Shown piece after piece: positions 36,412-50,225 of a stretch of DNA of 63,978 bases. The translations under genes were made by a program, and so were the position numbers. The notes under the pieces were generated by a model that made no database searches, was not told where the DNA came from, and saw only the letters and a program-made list of their open reading frames with translations. The DNA is from Octopus bimaculoides (taxonomy: Eukaryota), in contig NC_068984.1 of NCBI RefSeq assembly GCF_001194135.2, positions 30,477,545-30,541,522 of the forward strand. The letters run 5' to 3'. Numbering within the stretch: position 1 is the stretch's first letter; the number at the start of each line of letters is the position of its first letter.

Positions 36412-36793
36412 TTGTGGCACTCCGTCGGTTACAAGGATGAGGGTTCCAGTTGAACCGATCAATGGAACAGCCTGCTCCTGAAATTAATGTGCAAGTGGCT
36501 GAGTACGCCATAGACATGTGTACTCTTAACATAGTTCTTGGGGAGATTCAGCATGACACAGTGTGTGACAAGGCTGGCCCTTTAAATTACAAGTACAACA
36601 GAGACAGGAAGAAAGAGTGAGAGAAAGTTGTGGTGAAAAAGTACAGCAGGGTTCGCCACCACTCCCTGATGGAGCCTCATGGAGCTGTATGTGTTTTCAC
36701 TCAATAAACACTCACAACACCCGTCTGAGAACTGAAACCGTGATCCTACGACCACGAGTTTGCTGCCCTAACCACTGGGCCATTGTGCCTCCA
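36412..36793 (-). mobile_element. tRNA-derived SINE family D
   Basis: Reverse-complement homologue of 32477-32847. Confidence 0.8.
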
Positions 36794-36817
36794 CATTTAT
36801 CAAGATACACTTTTATA

Positions 36818-37057
36818 TAGTGTTGGCCAAAAGTCACCTGGCAGTAAATAAAAAAAATTCCCTAAATACTTAATTTTCAATTTTATTTATTCATTCCAGT
36901 TATGAATGTTTAATAATCGAATGCTGTGAGTTAAAAATCACAATTTTTTTCTCAACGTTTGTCTATTTATTAGCAAAGTCTCATATAAAATAACTTTTTG
37001 TTTTAATCTTGGAATTAAATGGGTTTTAATTTATTGTCAGGTGACTTTTGGCCAACC

Positions 37058-37060
<3 letters not shown>
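36818..37060. mobile_element. Tc1/mariner-type MITE (243 bp)
   Basis: About 32-bp TIRs: TAGTGTTGGCCAAAAGTCACCTGGCAGTAAAT versus the reverse complement of the right end, CAGGGTTGGCCAAAAGTCACCTGACAATAAAT. Flanked by TA on both sides. Confidence 0.85.
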
Positions 37061-37094
<34 letters not shown>

Positions 37095-40000
37095 CAATAT
37101 CATTTAATGTCTACCTATGTGTGTGTGTGTGTTTATCTGGCCTTGGGAAATATTATGATGCTGGCAAAGCTTGGATTGTTCACCATGGTTTCTTTCCTTT
37201 ACCAATTTACTCTTTTTTTCTTTCTTTTTCCCTTTACCTGTTAAAGACCACTACCTGAAACTTTGAACTCACCATTTCTTTACAGTAAAAAACAAAAAAA
37301 CTATAAACAATATACTCTGTGAATCTTTTGCTTTATTTTGTCTTCTTCCTGGGAACTTTTTACTATAAAACCAGGTACACACAGGAGTTGATTCAACTGA
37401 CAATACTTCGTGAATGCAAATTACCATTTCCTGAGAAAATTCTAAAAAATACTAATCAATATAATTCTAAAAATGTAAAGAAACAATGCCACACAAGTAA
37501 GCCGTAGATTGGCTCATTGGAACTCTGTAATCAACAATGTTATTATTTGCAACTGCAAGACAAATTATTTTTTGTAATGTGTACAATTCAAATAATTGTG
37601 GAAATTATCAAGATACTCTAAAATTAATTAAAATATAAAAAAAAGAAACATGCAAATATAAATACCCATATCAGGTAAAATTTATTGTTATATTTAATAA
37701 CCACACAAAGCTGAGCAATAAACCTGTAATGGAACATGTCTAGATGTTTATTTTTTAAACATAAGTGCAGGCTAATGAAATATTTGTAACATTTGTAGGT
37801 TCTGTATGGCATGTTTATGAAAATGTTTTGTCAAAGCAAAGAGAAAAAGAAAAAACAAAAACTGAATATCAAGCTATTTTTTTAATATCAAATTTAAAGC
37901 ATTTTCATTCCTCAATTTTTCAAGTTTTCTTTTGTTTGTTTTTAATACTCTTTCTTCTACTTATTTTTTTTTTTACATTATCATCTTTTTCTTCTTTTGA
38001 CTTTAATGAAATGGGAATTTTCATTGCTAGTATGAAGAACTCTCAAATGAAGGAGCAGCATATGAGTTTATTGATTCTGTTTCTTAATTCTGTTATTCAT
38101 ATCCTGATTCTGAATCAGAAACACATATTAATTTCACAGCTGTAAAGCTTGATTGCCTATCATCCATGATAAGCAATATAATCCAAGAAAACATTTTAAA
38201 TATACGACACATTTTGCTCACCAGATTTAATAACTATTAACTTCTTCCTGCCAAGTTTGACAGCAGTGGCAACTGCATCAGTAAAATGTCATTCCGACCA
38301 AAATGGCTTGGAAATTGGCCGACTGCTGGAAATTGCCAATGAGAATTCTCTGGATTGAAGTTGTTATTGACTTTACTGATATCAGCACTAGATTATAGAT
38401 TGATTTATTATTATTATCATTGGCATTCTTCTTCAACTTCCTCTCTTTTGTCTTCTTTTATATTTTTTATTTCCTCTTTGGGATTAAATTCCTTTGTTGC
38501 TTTATGGCAAGGACTTAATGTCTTGTTTGCATGTTGCTATCAATTGTGCAAAAGTTGATGAAATTACAGAGAGAAAGACAGAGAGAAAGAGAGTAAGGGA
38601 GAGAAAACAAGAGAGAAAGTGAGAAGGGGTGGAGTAAATAATATATATTTGTGTGTTTGAGTCTATATGCATTTGGGAATGTATGTATATAAGTATGTGA
38701 ATGTCTGCATAAAGAGTGAACTATATAAGAACAGCGGAAGAATATAAGGTAGAGAAAGTACAGGTAAATATAGATTTTCAAGGTCACCCTGATTGTTAGC
38801 TTGCAATATATTTCCAAAGAAGATAATAAATCAAATTTTTATTCACATCTGAGTTCACTCAGCAACAACAATATAAAAAACAACTGCTACAATAATTACA
38901 AATAAGTTTTGTAAAACTGTGTCTCATATGCAGTGCATGAAGCTGATCACAAAAATCATATTTTTAATTCAATATATTCAAGCATAGCCATGTGGTTATA
39001 AACATTACTTCATGACTACCTGGGTTTAAAGTTCAATACTACTGCACAGGTTCTTTAGTAAGTATCTTTTACTATAGACTCTGGTTAGTCAAAGCATAGT
39101 GAGTGAAGTTTGATGAGAGAAACTGTGAGGAAACCTTTTGGAGGGAGTGTAGCTGTTCTTGAGTGATGGACTTTATCCTCTTGCTTGATTTTACACTACT
39201 ATCTGGAATTGGGGTCTCTTTTGCAGAGACCATACAGTTGCAAATATAAAAGTCATATTCTTAAAATGAAGGTAACTTCATGCAGTTATTCTCCTAGTTT
39301 CAGAGGCCCCAAAAAGTGTCATGGGTACTGCCTTTCCTTCTCTATCCAATGAGTATCAAAGTTATTATATGTGTATTTATGTGTAGGTGTCAACTCAGTT
39401 TCATAGGTATCTGTGATTTAATAAGATATGTTACAAGCACAAGTAAACCTAGTAGAAAAAAAAGAAGACTCTCCGTTTTGGACCAGAAGAGAATCATCTT
39501 GGTCAGGTTATATTGTGGTAAAGAACACATAAAGCACAAAGGCAACAATGTTGAAGTGATACCTTAGGATATCACATGATATAACAATAAAACCGAATCA
39601 TTGTTACCTTTATTTTCATTAAAATCATCATACATCAATACTATTAAACCAGTATTGAGTCTTTTCCTATCCACCATTAGCATCAAAAATATCATGAGAA
39701 ATACATTAATACAATATTTTAGACACTGCATTTTGTCTACAATATTTGTAATATTGTTTGATTTGAAATTCATTTTCAACATCAATTTTAAGATTATGGA
39801 TCTTCTATTTTTAACTTGTTTCAGGAATTAGACTGTGGCCATGCTGGGTAATTTTTTGTTGAATGAATTGACCCAATACTTATCATGTTTTGCAAAGCTT
39901 GATATTTATTCTTTTTATAACTTTTGCAAAATCACTGAGTTACGGTGATGTAAACACACCAACACCAGTTGTCAAGTGGTGGTGGGAGATAAAAACACAC

Positions 40001-41796
40001 ACATACACACACTGACATACACACAAACGCGCATATGCACACACACACACACACTTACACCCCCATGCACAGAATGAGTTTCTTTCAGTTTCCATCTTCA
40101 AATTCCACTTACAAAGCTTTGGTCAGCCTGAGGCTATTGTAGAAGACACTTGCCCAATGTGCCACACCATGGGACTAAACCCAGAACCATGTAGTTGAGA
40201 AGGAAACTTCTTACCATGCAGCCACACCTAAAGAATTTCACCTGGCTTATTAGAATATGATTTGTCTTCATTTCAATATAAATATCTGGCAGAAAGAGAA
40301 AAGTTACATTTGTAGATTACTAATTAGATTGGAATCTTGAATATTGAAATAATACTTTCAAAATCTGTGTAAACTAAAAATCACTTTGGAAACTTTTTGC
40401 TGGTATTGAGTCAAAACTTTTACTGGTAAGAGCATACTAAGCTTAAAATGACAGCTGTTATTTAACAGTTAGTAGCATCATCAGTCATGTGTATAGATGG
40501 AAATACAGCTTAGAGACATTAAGTTTGCTTCAATTGTTCAGTTCTCATTTCAATAATCTTCAGGTTTCCTTTTAGATTGATGCTATAATATGTGGTAATT
40601 GAATCTTAAAAATAGAAGAGAGATCCAGTCCATTAATTTCCAACTTAGAATGTCACAGATCTGTAAAATATTATATTCCTGCACCACCAAAACTATTGAT
40701 TCAGAGTAGATTCCTACAAGTAAACATAAGAGTTTAAAGGAGCAACGATGCCAACAAAGGATGTCATTACTAAAACAGATATACAACCAATATTTGCAAT
40801 CAGAACTTGATAGCTTGCTGTAGCAAACCAACGTCTTAATCTTGTGATTATAAGGAAACTTCAAATAGTGTCAGCAGCCAAACTGAAAACCTATATATTG
40901 ATCCTTGAATCTAAACATCTTGACATTGAATAGAATGAAGAACTGTTGTCACAAAGATATAATCGTTAGGTTTCATTGATCTCTTTGTAAATTATCAGTC
41001 TCATCAAATTCAGATCAATATATAAAAAACAAAAATCAATATTTTGAAGAGCATTAATGAACTGAATGCAGTTTCACGCAATCTTGACATGCTGCCGAGA
41101 CAGAAAGTTTGGCTAATAATTTGAAATTCTATAGATGGCACCTATATATCTAAAACTATAAAGAAACTTTAATTATTTTCTTGTGATCTGACAAATGTAA
41201 GAAAGACCATTAATTAACCAAAACAATTTTGAACAACATTATATTTTTCTTCTTATTTTACCAATTTTCTCTTTTCTTCAAAGCTTAATATTTAGATATT
41301 TTGAGAAAAGTTATTTTCCTATACAAATATATGTGGAGATAGTGGAATATAACACTAAATGTGCTCATGTTTTCAGTTACAAGATTCATATTGAATTTGT
41401 GACTAATACTTAATTTATGTAGTGTGATTTCAGTGTAGTTATTGAATAGTAATTCATTGAACTCATATGGTATACATTCAAGTGATGTTGCAGACATTGA
41501 ATTGTCTCCTTGTCCAATGCATTTTACTCACTGTTTACTTTTTTTTTTCTTGGAGCAGACATATTAGAATTTGATCCTTTTCTACGTTTACAATTCGTTC
41601 TAATCTATTGGTATCAAGGTGATTAAATATTTGATATATAATTACTCTCACACACACAAATATACACACTAAGTATACACATATACTGAGAAATAGTCTA
41701 TAAAAGTACAGGCAATTCTAAAAATGTTCAAAGCTATCAAATACGTGTGCATATGTACATAGCTCTCTCTCTCCCTCTCTCTTCCACTATATATAT

Positions 41797-42522
41797 ATCA
41801 TCATCATCGTTTAACGTCCGCTTTCCATGCTAGCATGGGTTGGACGATTTGACTGAGGACTGGTGAAACCGGATGGCAACACCAGGCTCCAGTCTGATTT
41901 GGCAGAGTTTCTACAGCTGGATGCCCTTCCTAACGCCAACCACTCAGAGAGTGTAGTGGGTGCTTTTACGTGTCACCCGCACGAAAACGGCCACGCTCGA
42001 AATGGTGTCTTTTATGTGCCACCCGCACAAGCNNNNNNNNNNNNNNNNNNNNNNNNNNNNNNNNNNNNNNNNNNNNNNNNNNNNNNNNNNNNNNNNNNNN
42101 NNNNNNNNNNNNNNNNNNNNNNNNNNNNNNNNNNNNNNNNNNNNNNNNNNNNNNNNNNNNNTCTTCTCACGCACAGCCCATTTCCAAAGGTCTCGGTCCG
42201 TAGTCATCGCCTCGGTGAGGCCCAATGTACGAAGGTCTTGCCTCACCACCTCAGCCCAGGTCTTCCTGGGCCTACCTCTTCCACGGGTTCCCTCAACTGT
42301 TAGGGTGTGGCACTTTTTCACGCAGCTATCCTCCTCCATTCTCACCACATGTCCATACCAGCGCAATCGTCTCTCTTGCACGCCACAACTGATGCTTCTA
42401 ATGTTCAGCTTTTCTCTCAAGATACTTACACTCTGACGGGTATTCACATTGACATTACACATCCAACGGAGCATACTGGCTTCATTCCTTGCGAGCTTAC
42501 GTATGTCCTCAGCAGTTACAGC
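41797..42522 (-). mobile_element. Young 5'-truncated RTE-clade LINE, near-identical to 10666-11626 and inverted relative to it
   Basis: ORF ...ERRLRWYGHVVRM...GTRGRGRPRKTW...RDLWKWAVREK. It is identical to the other copy over the 83 nt comparable in the ORF and has 3 mismatches in about 230 nt of tail. Confidence 0.9.
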
Positions 42523-42619
42523 TCTACTGGGTGCCCTTCTAAATGTCAGTCGTTTTACAGAGTGTACTGGGTACTTTTTATTGTGGCACCAGCTGCAGAA
42601 CAAGACACCCACAAATGAA

Positions 42620-43265
42620 AAGCAGGGTAGCACTGAAGGAGAAAAAAGTTGTCTTACATTAGAAGAGGAACATGACTACCTCAGTCCCAACGTACCAAGT
42701 ATTACAGGCATAACATTTACAGTTAACATATTCAATTCCAATGTCCTTCGACCATTTCTCTATATCTTTATTTATAGTTCCCAATGCACCAAATATTACA
42801 TTTACAGTTATCATATTCCAGATTCTTGCAATTTCACATTTTAAGGGATTGTATTTTTTTTGTTTTTCATTCTTTTTCTTTACAATCTTGGAATCAAGTG
42901 GATATGATGGATCAATTACTAAGCAACTTCGCTTTCCCTTCTCTATCATTGTTACATCTGATCTATTATTTTCTAATTTCTTATCTATTTGAATGGGGAA
43001 ATCCCACAGTATTTTGCATTTATTCAACTGCAGCACTCTTTCTCACTGATGATCATACCATGTACCTCCAACTCCAAATCTCCTTTTCTGACAAAGCTTC
43101 CAGTGTAAAACCTTCACAACTTAGTCATGCCTCCATTTTTTATATTCTTCCTATGCCAACTTGGGACATTCTGCGAGAATGTGTACAACTGTCTTGTTTT
43201 CCAAATAGCACACTTTTCAATACCAAATTCCATACCTACATCATTGAGAAAATGTGAACAGTATT
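42620..43265 (-). mobile_element. R4/Dong-type relic with internal deletion (RT motif joined to REL endonuclease)
   Basis: DVGMEFGIEKCA is followed closely by LHWKLCQK and KILWDFPIQIDKKLENNRSDVTMIEK..CLVIDPSYPLD..EKQKKYNPLKCEIARIW..GALG. Confidence 0.85.
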
Positions 43266-43546
43266 TTTTATTATCATTGAGGTGGTGAGCTAGAAGAATC
43301 ATTAGCATGCTGGACAAAATGGGTAGGGACAATTCACCCATCATTATGTTCTGAGTTCAAATTCCATTAAGGTTAACTTTGCCTTTCATCTTTTGGGAGT
43401 TAATGAAATAAATACCAGTTGAGTACTTGAGTTGATATAATTGACTAATTCTTCCTACTAAATTCCAGACCTCGTGGCTATAGTAGAAAGGATTATTATT
43501 ATTGTTGTTGTTGTTGATATTGTTATTATTATTTATTATGATGATG

Positions 43547-43581
<35 letters not shown>

Positions 43582-44019
43582 GAAGGCGGTGAGCTGTCAG
43601 AATTGTTAGCACACTAAGCAAAATGCTTAGCGGTATTTCATCTGCTGCTACATTCTGAGTTCAAATTCCACTGAGGTTGACTTTGCTTTGATCCTTTCAC
43701 AGTTGATAAATTAAGTACCAGTTGAACACTGGAGTCGATGTAATTGACTGAACCCCTCCCCCAAAATTTCAGGCCTTGTTTCTATAGTAAAAAGGATTAT
43801 TACTTTATTGTGTATTTCCAGTTGTTTCAAGCAGGATTCTTTCCATACTATCATGTGTACTTCTCTCTTCCTGTTGAATGTGGAAGACTTTATTTTTTGA
43901 GAAGGTGGACAAAGATGTTTGATGGGCCTACGTTTCATGTTAAGGGCTTATTTTTTTAGTGTTTCTTGTTATTAGTGAAAGATTTACATCATTGACACTC
44001 GTGTGTAAATATCTGAGAA

Positions 44020-45130
44020 TACCTGAAAGCAACAATATCAAAAGTAAAGAAATGAAGGAAACACTCAGTGAATAATATTTTCACAGAACGAAGATGCTGA
44101 CATCCAAAAGAATACAAGAATATCACACAAGCAATCAACTTAAGGTTATTCTTCTACAAAGGTGTGGAACCAGATTCATTGATTGCAGAAAGGAAGAGGT
44201 GAGGGACATCAAAAGGAAAATGAGGAAGTGGTTCTGAATGCATAGAAGCATGCATCCAAAATCTGATGTGGAGCAATTGTAACAGAAAGAGCGAAACAAG
44301 AAAGAGGATTAATGAGTGTCAAAGATGCTGGGGAAATAGCGAAGACAAGATTTGAAGAAATAAAAGAAGCACTCCTTAAGGTAGTAATGAGTGGAGGACT
44401 ATTTACAAAGTAAGTAAACCCTAAATAGAACATTTGGGAAAAGTGAAAAAAATGGAAATCATACATTGAAGGAAAGGACTTTCACTTGGCATTTTTCAAA
44501 AAAACTCCAAAAGGTAAGGAAGGACAAGGACAACTGGCTATGGTTAAAAATATGGGTAATGAAGAAAGAGATAGAGGAATTGATCTTGGCAATGGAGGAA
44601 CAGGTACTAAGGATAAATTGGATCAAGAGGATGAAAGATCAGCAGAATTGTTCAACTAAGTGCCAAAGGCATAATGATTCAAAGGTGACTGTATCTCACA
44701 TTGTATCAGAATGTCCATAGTTCTGAATGAATAAAAAAGTGCAGGCATGACAAGATTATGGCAATAATTTACTGGAATTTTGGGATTTTGATGGAAGTGT
44801 GATTTTGCAAGTACAGAGGAAAGCTATAACAAATTCTGGAAATATAAATGCATAAATGCAATCCGATGGAAACTATGAAATGAGATTGTTGTGCAAGTTG
44901 CAGATGCAAAGTGAAAGAGGAAAGAAACTCAACTAGCCAAATATTGTAGTCATTGACAAGAATAAAAAAATATGTATAGTAATTGACATGGCATTCCTAT
45001 TTGACCTCAGAGTAAAAAGAATGTTAAAATGTAGAGCATTATTTGAATTTCAAGTATGAAATTCTTAGTGCTCATGATCAGAATAGTAATAAAAATAATC
45101 ATTATATGTACATGAGGCACACAAAAGGTT
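44020..45130 (+). mobile_element. R4/Dong-type (restriction-like endonuclease) non-LTR relic
   Basis: MHPKSDV..L motif; NWLWLK...KKEIEELILAMEEQVLRINWIKR...KCQ...TVSHIVSECP (zinc knuckle region); degenerate RHDK..WE and DMAFLFD segments downstream. Confidence 0.8.
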
Positions 45131-46409
45131 GCAAAAATGACAGAAATGTTAGAATATTGGTTAAAATATTCTTTTCTACTCTAGGCACAAGGCCCCAAAT
45201 TTTGGGCGAGGGGGCCAGTCGATAAGATCGACCCCAGTATGCAACTGGTGCTTAATTTATTGACCACGAAAGGATGACAGGCAAAGTCTACCTCGGTGGA
45301 ATTTTAACTCAGAATGTAAAGATGGACGAAATACCGCTTAGCATTTTGCCTGGCATGCTAACGTTTCTGCCACCTCACCACCTTACTGGTTAAAATATTT
45401 GCTCTAAAAGTGTGGTATTTGTATTGCTTGATATGTGTTATGTTTTTATTCTTTTGATATTCATTTGAAAGACCTTCGTGGGGAGGGCTGCATACCTGTT
45501 AAGTATTTTTGGGATTACTTGTAAAGTTTTAATCTCTACTCTATATTTTATACAGTTATTTATGCATACAGAAATGTCTATCTGGAACAATATATGAAGA
45601 GCTTACTTTCTAAACCAGATATATGCATCAAAATGACTTTTGAATAACTGAGGAAATTCAGTATCTAAATATATCTGGTTTTAATTGGAAGACTAAGATT
45701 CATTTACTGTCTATATGGCATCTATCCCAGTTTGACTGAAAAATATTTCACATGCATGCAGCCAGCACCTTGCAAATTGTTCTTTAATGGTTATCATGAA
45801 ATAGACCGAACATGCACTTATACTTATTTTGAAAGTAAGCTCCTTAATTATATGTGGAATATGTCCATTTGTTTAGTGGGTTCTGCACAACAACAAATAG
45901 GTTGTGTCTCAATTCTTGAAAGAAGGGCATTGACTATTGCTTCAGGATTTTGCTTATCTGTAAATTTCTCTCTCATTTATTTTCCTACCTATCACTAATC
46001 TCCTCAGTTTATTGTTATTTTCATGTAAGCTACTATGGTAGTGAGCCTGTTTACAAACTGGCCATCTTCACTTTTGCAGCTCAGTATATGAACTTCTTAA
46101 CTTTTAAGGATTCAAGTTTCACTGCAGTCACTTTAATAAATGCCAGTGGGCAGGAAAACTAGGAGTAGCTTTAACTTGAATTAAAGAAGTACACGTTTCT
46201 ACATCTATACTGTTTGCATATCTTTATTTAATCAACACAAACCAGGTATTTCCTGTTTTTTTTTTTCTTTTTTTGTTTTGCAAGGTTGAATCTTGTCAAT
46301 ATATTTTATTTTCTTGATCAAGGAGGGTAAAAAAGATCAAAGTCAGTTGGCACAGAGGGATGGAACTAAATTCTGGGGAATATTAAATTTGGTGCTCCAT
46401 CATTTCCTG

Positions 46410-46935
46410 CATTACACTGCACTCCATACTAATCATCTTTTCATCCTAAAACCACTCTACTACTTTTGAAACCATTCCCCTCCTTATTAAACTAGTCCAG
46501 TACTTCCAACTCCAATCTCTAATCCATTTCCTTCCACCTTCACATCACTTCGCTCCACTTTATTCCATTCCATTCAACTCCATTTCCTCTTCTATCCACT
46601 CATTTCTTTTCCTTTGCACTCCCCTTTGTTCCTCCTCTTCTCTGCACTCCCCTCTGTTCCACTCCTTTAAAATCCTCAACCATTTACTTCCCTACCTCTC
46701 CCTCCACTCTGCTTTAATCAATCCTAATCCATTCCCTTCCCCTCAACCTTAATCCATACCATTCCCTCCTCCACATCACTCCATTTTCCCCTCTATTTCA
46801 TTCCCTTTTGCACCTTCAACTCCACTTAGTTTTCCTCTATATCACTCTCTTCCGCTGTCCACTCCACTATTTTCCGTTCCATTCCACATACTTCCCTTTC
46901 CTCTTCATCCTTCAAAAACCCTCCTCCTGCCCTCA
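46410..46935 (+). repeat. Cryptic pyrimidine-rich low-complexity tract
   Basis: Built from CCATTCC / CTCCACT / TTTCCTC words with almost no G. Confidence 0.75.
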
Positions 46936-47367
46936 CTCTGCTGGCATTGTCATATGATTAATAATAATTACAGTTTTTGTGCAATATGGCTGCCAAAATA
47001 AATAACTGAGTTAAACTATCAATTAAATAAATAAGAGGAGCGGAAAAAGGTTTGTATGAAAAATATTTAGTTGTTAAAGCAAGTCATTTATTGTTCACTA
47101 GCAAAGTTTGCACTTGATTAGAATTTGAAAATAAAAATAGATAAATGAATGAATGTATAAAATAAAATGTATAAAAATTAAAAAAAAGAAACAAGAAATA
47201 TTTCCTATTTTCTCAATATTTCCATTTGAAAAAGGCTTAAATAGTGATTTAAAACTGGAGATTAAATATTCATTCAAACATAAACCGTTAAGTAACATGA
47301 AGAAGGCAGAATTTTATCAAACCTTTCAGCTTACACTCCACCCTGATATTTCTGTCAGTTTTTCTCA

Positions 47368-47410
<43 letters not shown>

Positions 47411-48636
47411 TCAATTTATTATGATTAATCATTTATAAAAATGTTCTTCGCCCATCGTTGTTGTCTCTTTTATTACACAGCGAAGAAAGTTTTGCAATGT
47501 AGCTGAGATGTCATGTTATGTTATTATATTTCACTTCCATATACTTCTTACTGCAGCAAGAACACAGAAGATTGATTCACATGCAAGCTCATTACATTAA
47601 AAATTACATCATTTCTTAAATGAACAATAAATGAACATCTGCATTATATAACTAAGAAAGTGTTTCATTCATTATTAAATGAAGAGGCAAATCTCAAATG
47701 AATCCTTTATATACACAATTTATCTATGTGTATTTATGTATGTATGCATGTATATATGTATGCATGTATATGCATGTGTGCATGTGTGTGCATATGTACA
47801 TAAATGCCTATTTTATTCTATTTTCCTACAACTATCTTGATGTATGCTTTGTTTTTACATATTATGAAGTTTAATATTATAGAGGAAAGAGGAAAACACA
47901 ATGGAGGTGATTTGACAGAAAAGATAGAATGTTATATTTAGTGCTTTACAAGGTTTACTTTCATTTCATTGCAGTTTATGCACAAACATTGACAGGGTCA
48001 TTTTGCCTTTTGTTGCTTTATTGTCGTTGTCGTCATAGTCGTCGTCTTCCAATTCCTCCTCTTCCACATCATCATTACCACCACCACCACCACCACCACA
48101 ACCACCACTGCCACCACCACTACCACCAATGCTACCACCGCTACCACAACTACTACCACCGCCACCACCACTGCCCCCCCCANNNNNNNNNNNNNNNNNN
48201 NNNNNNNNNNNNNNNNNNNNNNNNNNNNNNNNNNNNNNNNNNNNNNNNNNNNNNNNNNNNNNNNNNNNNNNNNNNNNNNNNNNNNNNNNNNNNNNNNNNN
48301 NNNNNNNNNNNNNNNNNNNNNNNNNNNNNNNNNNNNNNNNNNNNNNNNNNNNNNNNNNNNNNNNNNNNNNNNNNNNNNNNNNNNNNNNNNNNNNNNNNNN
48401 NNNNNNNNNNNNNNNNNNNNNNNNNNNNNNNNNNNNNNNNNNNNNNNTGGCCAAATGCCATCCCTGCTGCCAAAACCTTACCTGTGAATTCTTTATTCTT
48501 TTTTTATGCGAGGCACTCTTTATTCCACTGGACTTCACACCAATGAAAGTATCTCATTTTGGCATGTATTGTTTATAGGGGACATAACCAAACATTACTG
48601 CTGCTTAGTGTTAAATCAGTGTGAAGTTAACAGAGG

Positions 48637-48683
<47 letters not shown>

Positions 48684-49013
48684 ATGTAAGTGTGTGTTTG
48701 TGTGAATACTTTCACACACACATTTTCCCGTGTCCATTTTCTGTGTTGGCATGGATTGAAAAGTTTGACAGGACCTGATGTCATCATGCTACACTGTCTA
48801 CTTTGACATAGTTTCTATGACAACATGCCCTTCCTAATGTCAAACACTTTACTGAGTGCGTTGAGTACTTAATTCATGACACCATGGCTAATGAGGTTGC
48901 CTGACAATTTAAGACTATAATCTCCTTGCAGTAGATAAGGAAAGAAGAAAGAAAGAAAGATGACATGAGGTTTGGGTGACAGGAGGTCTGGGTGGGTTGC
49001 AAGAATGTGGGGT

Positions 49014-49265
49014 GAGGCAGCGAGCTGGCAGAAGGCGGCGAGCTGGCAGAAATGTTAGCACGCGGGACGAAATGCTTAGCGGTATTTCGTTTGCCGCTAT
49101 GTTCTGAGTTCAGATTCTGCCAAGGTCGACTTAGGCTTTCATCCTTTCAGGGTTGATTAAATAAGTACCAGTTATGCACTGGGGTCGATGTAATCGACTT
49201 AATCCCATTGTCTGTCCTTGTTTGTCCCCTCTATGTTTAGCCCATTGTGGGCAATAAAAAAATAA
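49014..49265 (+). mobile_element. SINE family A (head GAAGGCGGCGAGCTGGCAGAA), best-preserved copy
   Basis: B box GAGTTCAGATTC and body CTTTCATCCTTTC.GGGTTGAT..AATAAGTACCAG. Other copies: 4578-4775(+), 19746-19905(-), 26234-26425(+), 28085-28280 plus 31713-31745(+, split by the LTR element), 43279-43495(+), 43582-43797(+), 45172-45385(-), 51781-51995(-). Confidence 0.85.
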
Positions 49266-49852
49266 GAGTGTTGGGTGAGGCATGGGGAGAGCGAGAGGTT
49301 ATGGCAGTAAAGAAGGAGAAATAATTTGGTGGTACAGAAGGGTGTTTAATGTAAAATGAAGGTGGAGTGGGACAGTATTAAGAATGAAAGTGGGATATCA
49401 GGTGAAATGATTCCGGATATTCAGGAGGATAAGTGGCTTCAGGGGAAAATGGTAAGACATGCAGTTCTGTTCGCATTTAATTACAGCGGTAGAGCAGGTG
49501 ATCCAGGCATAGAGATTAGCAACACTCCAGCATTGCAGAGAAAACTGATGCAAAAAGATAATGATGATACACTCACACAAAAATATGCATAAATACAAAC
49601 ACACATATATATGGTGAATTTCAGCACATTTTCCATCTACAAAATTTCATTCATGTAATATTGGTCAGCTCAAAGTAATAGTAGAAGACAATTGCTCTTG
49701 GTGCCACACAGCAGAATCAAACCCAGAATCACATGTACAGCAAATATAACCATAGAGAAAAAAAAATACAACTTTTTAAATGCTATTTTGATATATCATG
49801 GTTGATATTGTGTTTAAATATCAAAGACTAATTCTTTTATTCTTATATTCTT

Positions 49853-50225
49853 TTATTTGGTTCAGTTATTTGATTGTGGCCATTCTGGAGCACCACCTTC
49901 AGTTGAACAAATTGAACCCAGGACTTATTTTTTGTAAGCTTAGTACTTATTCTATCAGTCTGTTTTGCATCGGTTGTCAAGTGATGGTGGTGGTGGTGGT
50001 GGGGGGGGGGACAAACACACATAGACAAACATATACAAACATAAATATACACACACACACACACACACACATATACATACACGACAAGCTTCTTTCAGTT
50101 TCTGTCAACCAAATCCACTCACAAGGCTTTGGTCGGCCTGAGGCTATAGTAGAAGACACTTACCCAAAATACCTGCAGTGGGACTGAACCTGGAACCATG
50201 TGGTTGGGAAGCAACTTACTTACCA
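49853..50225 (-). mobile_element. SINE family B (tRNA head, internal CA microsatellite, GACTGAAACAAGTAAAAGAG tail)
   Basis: Head ...GGTTCCAGGTTCAGTCCCACTG...TCTTCTACTATAGCCTCAGGCCGACCAAAGCCTTGTGAGTGGATTTGG. Other copies: 8302-8655(-), 11664-11830(+), 24260-24415(+), 38982-39135(+), 39822-40228(-), 49600-49745(-), 59522-59850(+), 60040-60265(+). Confidence 0.85.

Noticed and set aside
41850-41875. CTGAGGA-CTGGT-GAAAC in the reverse RTE tail
   Set aside because: Only 5 nt separate the core halves, so no stem II is possible, and it is antisense to the element.
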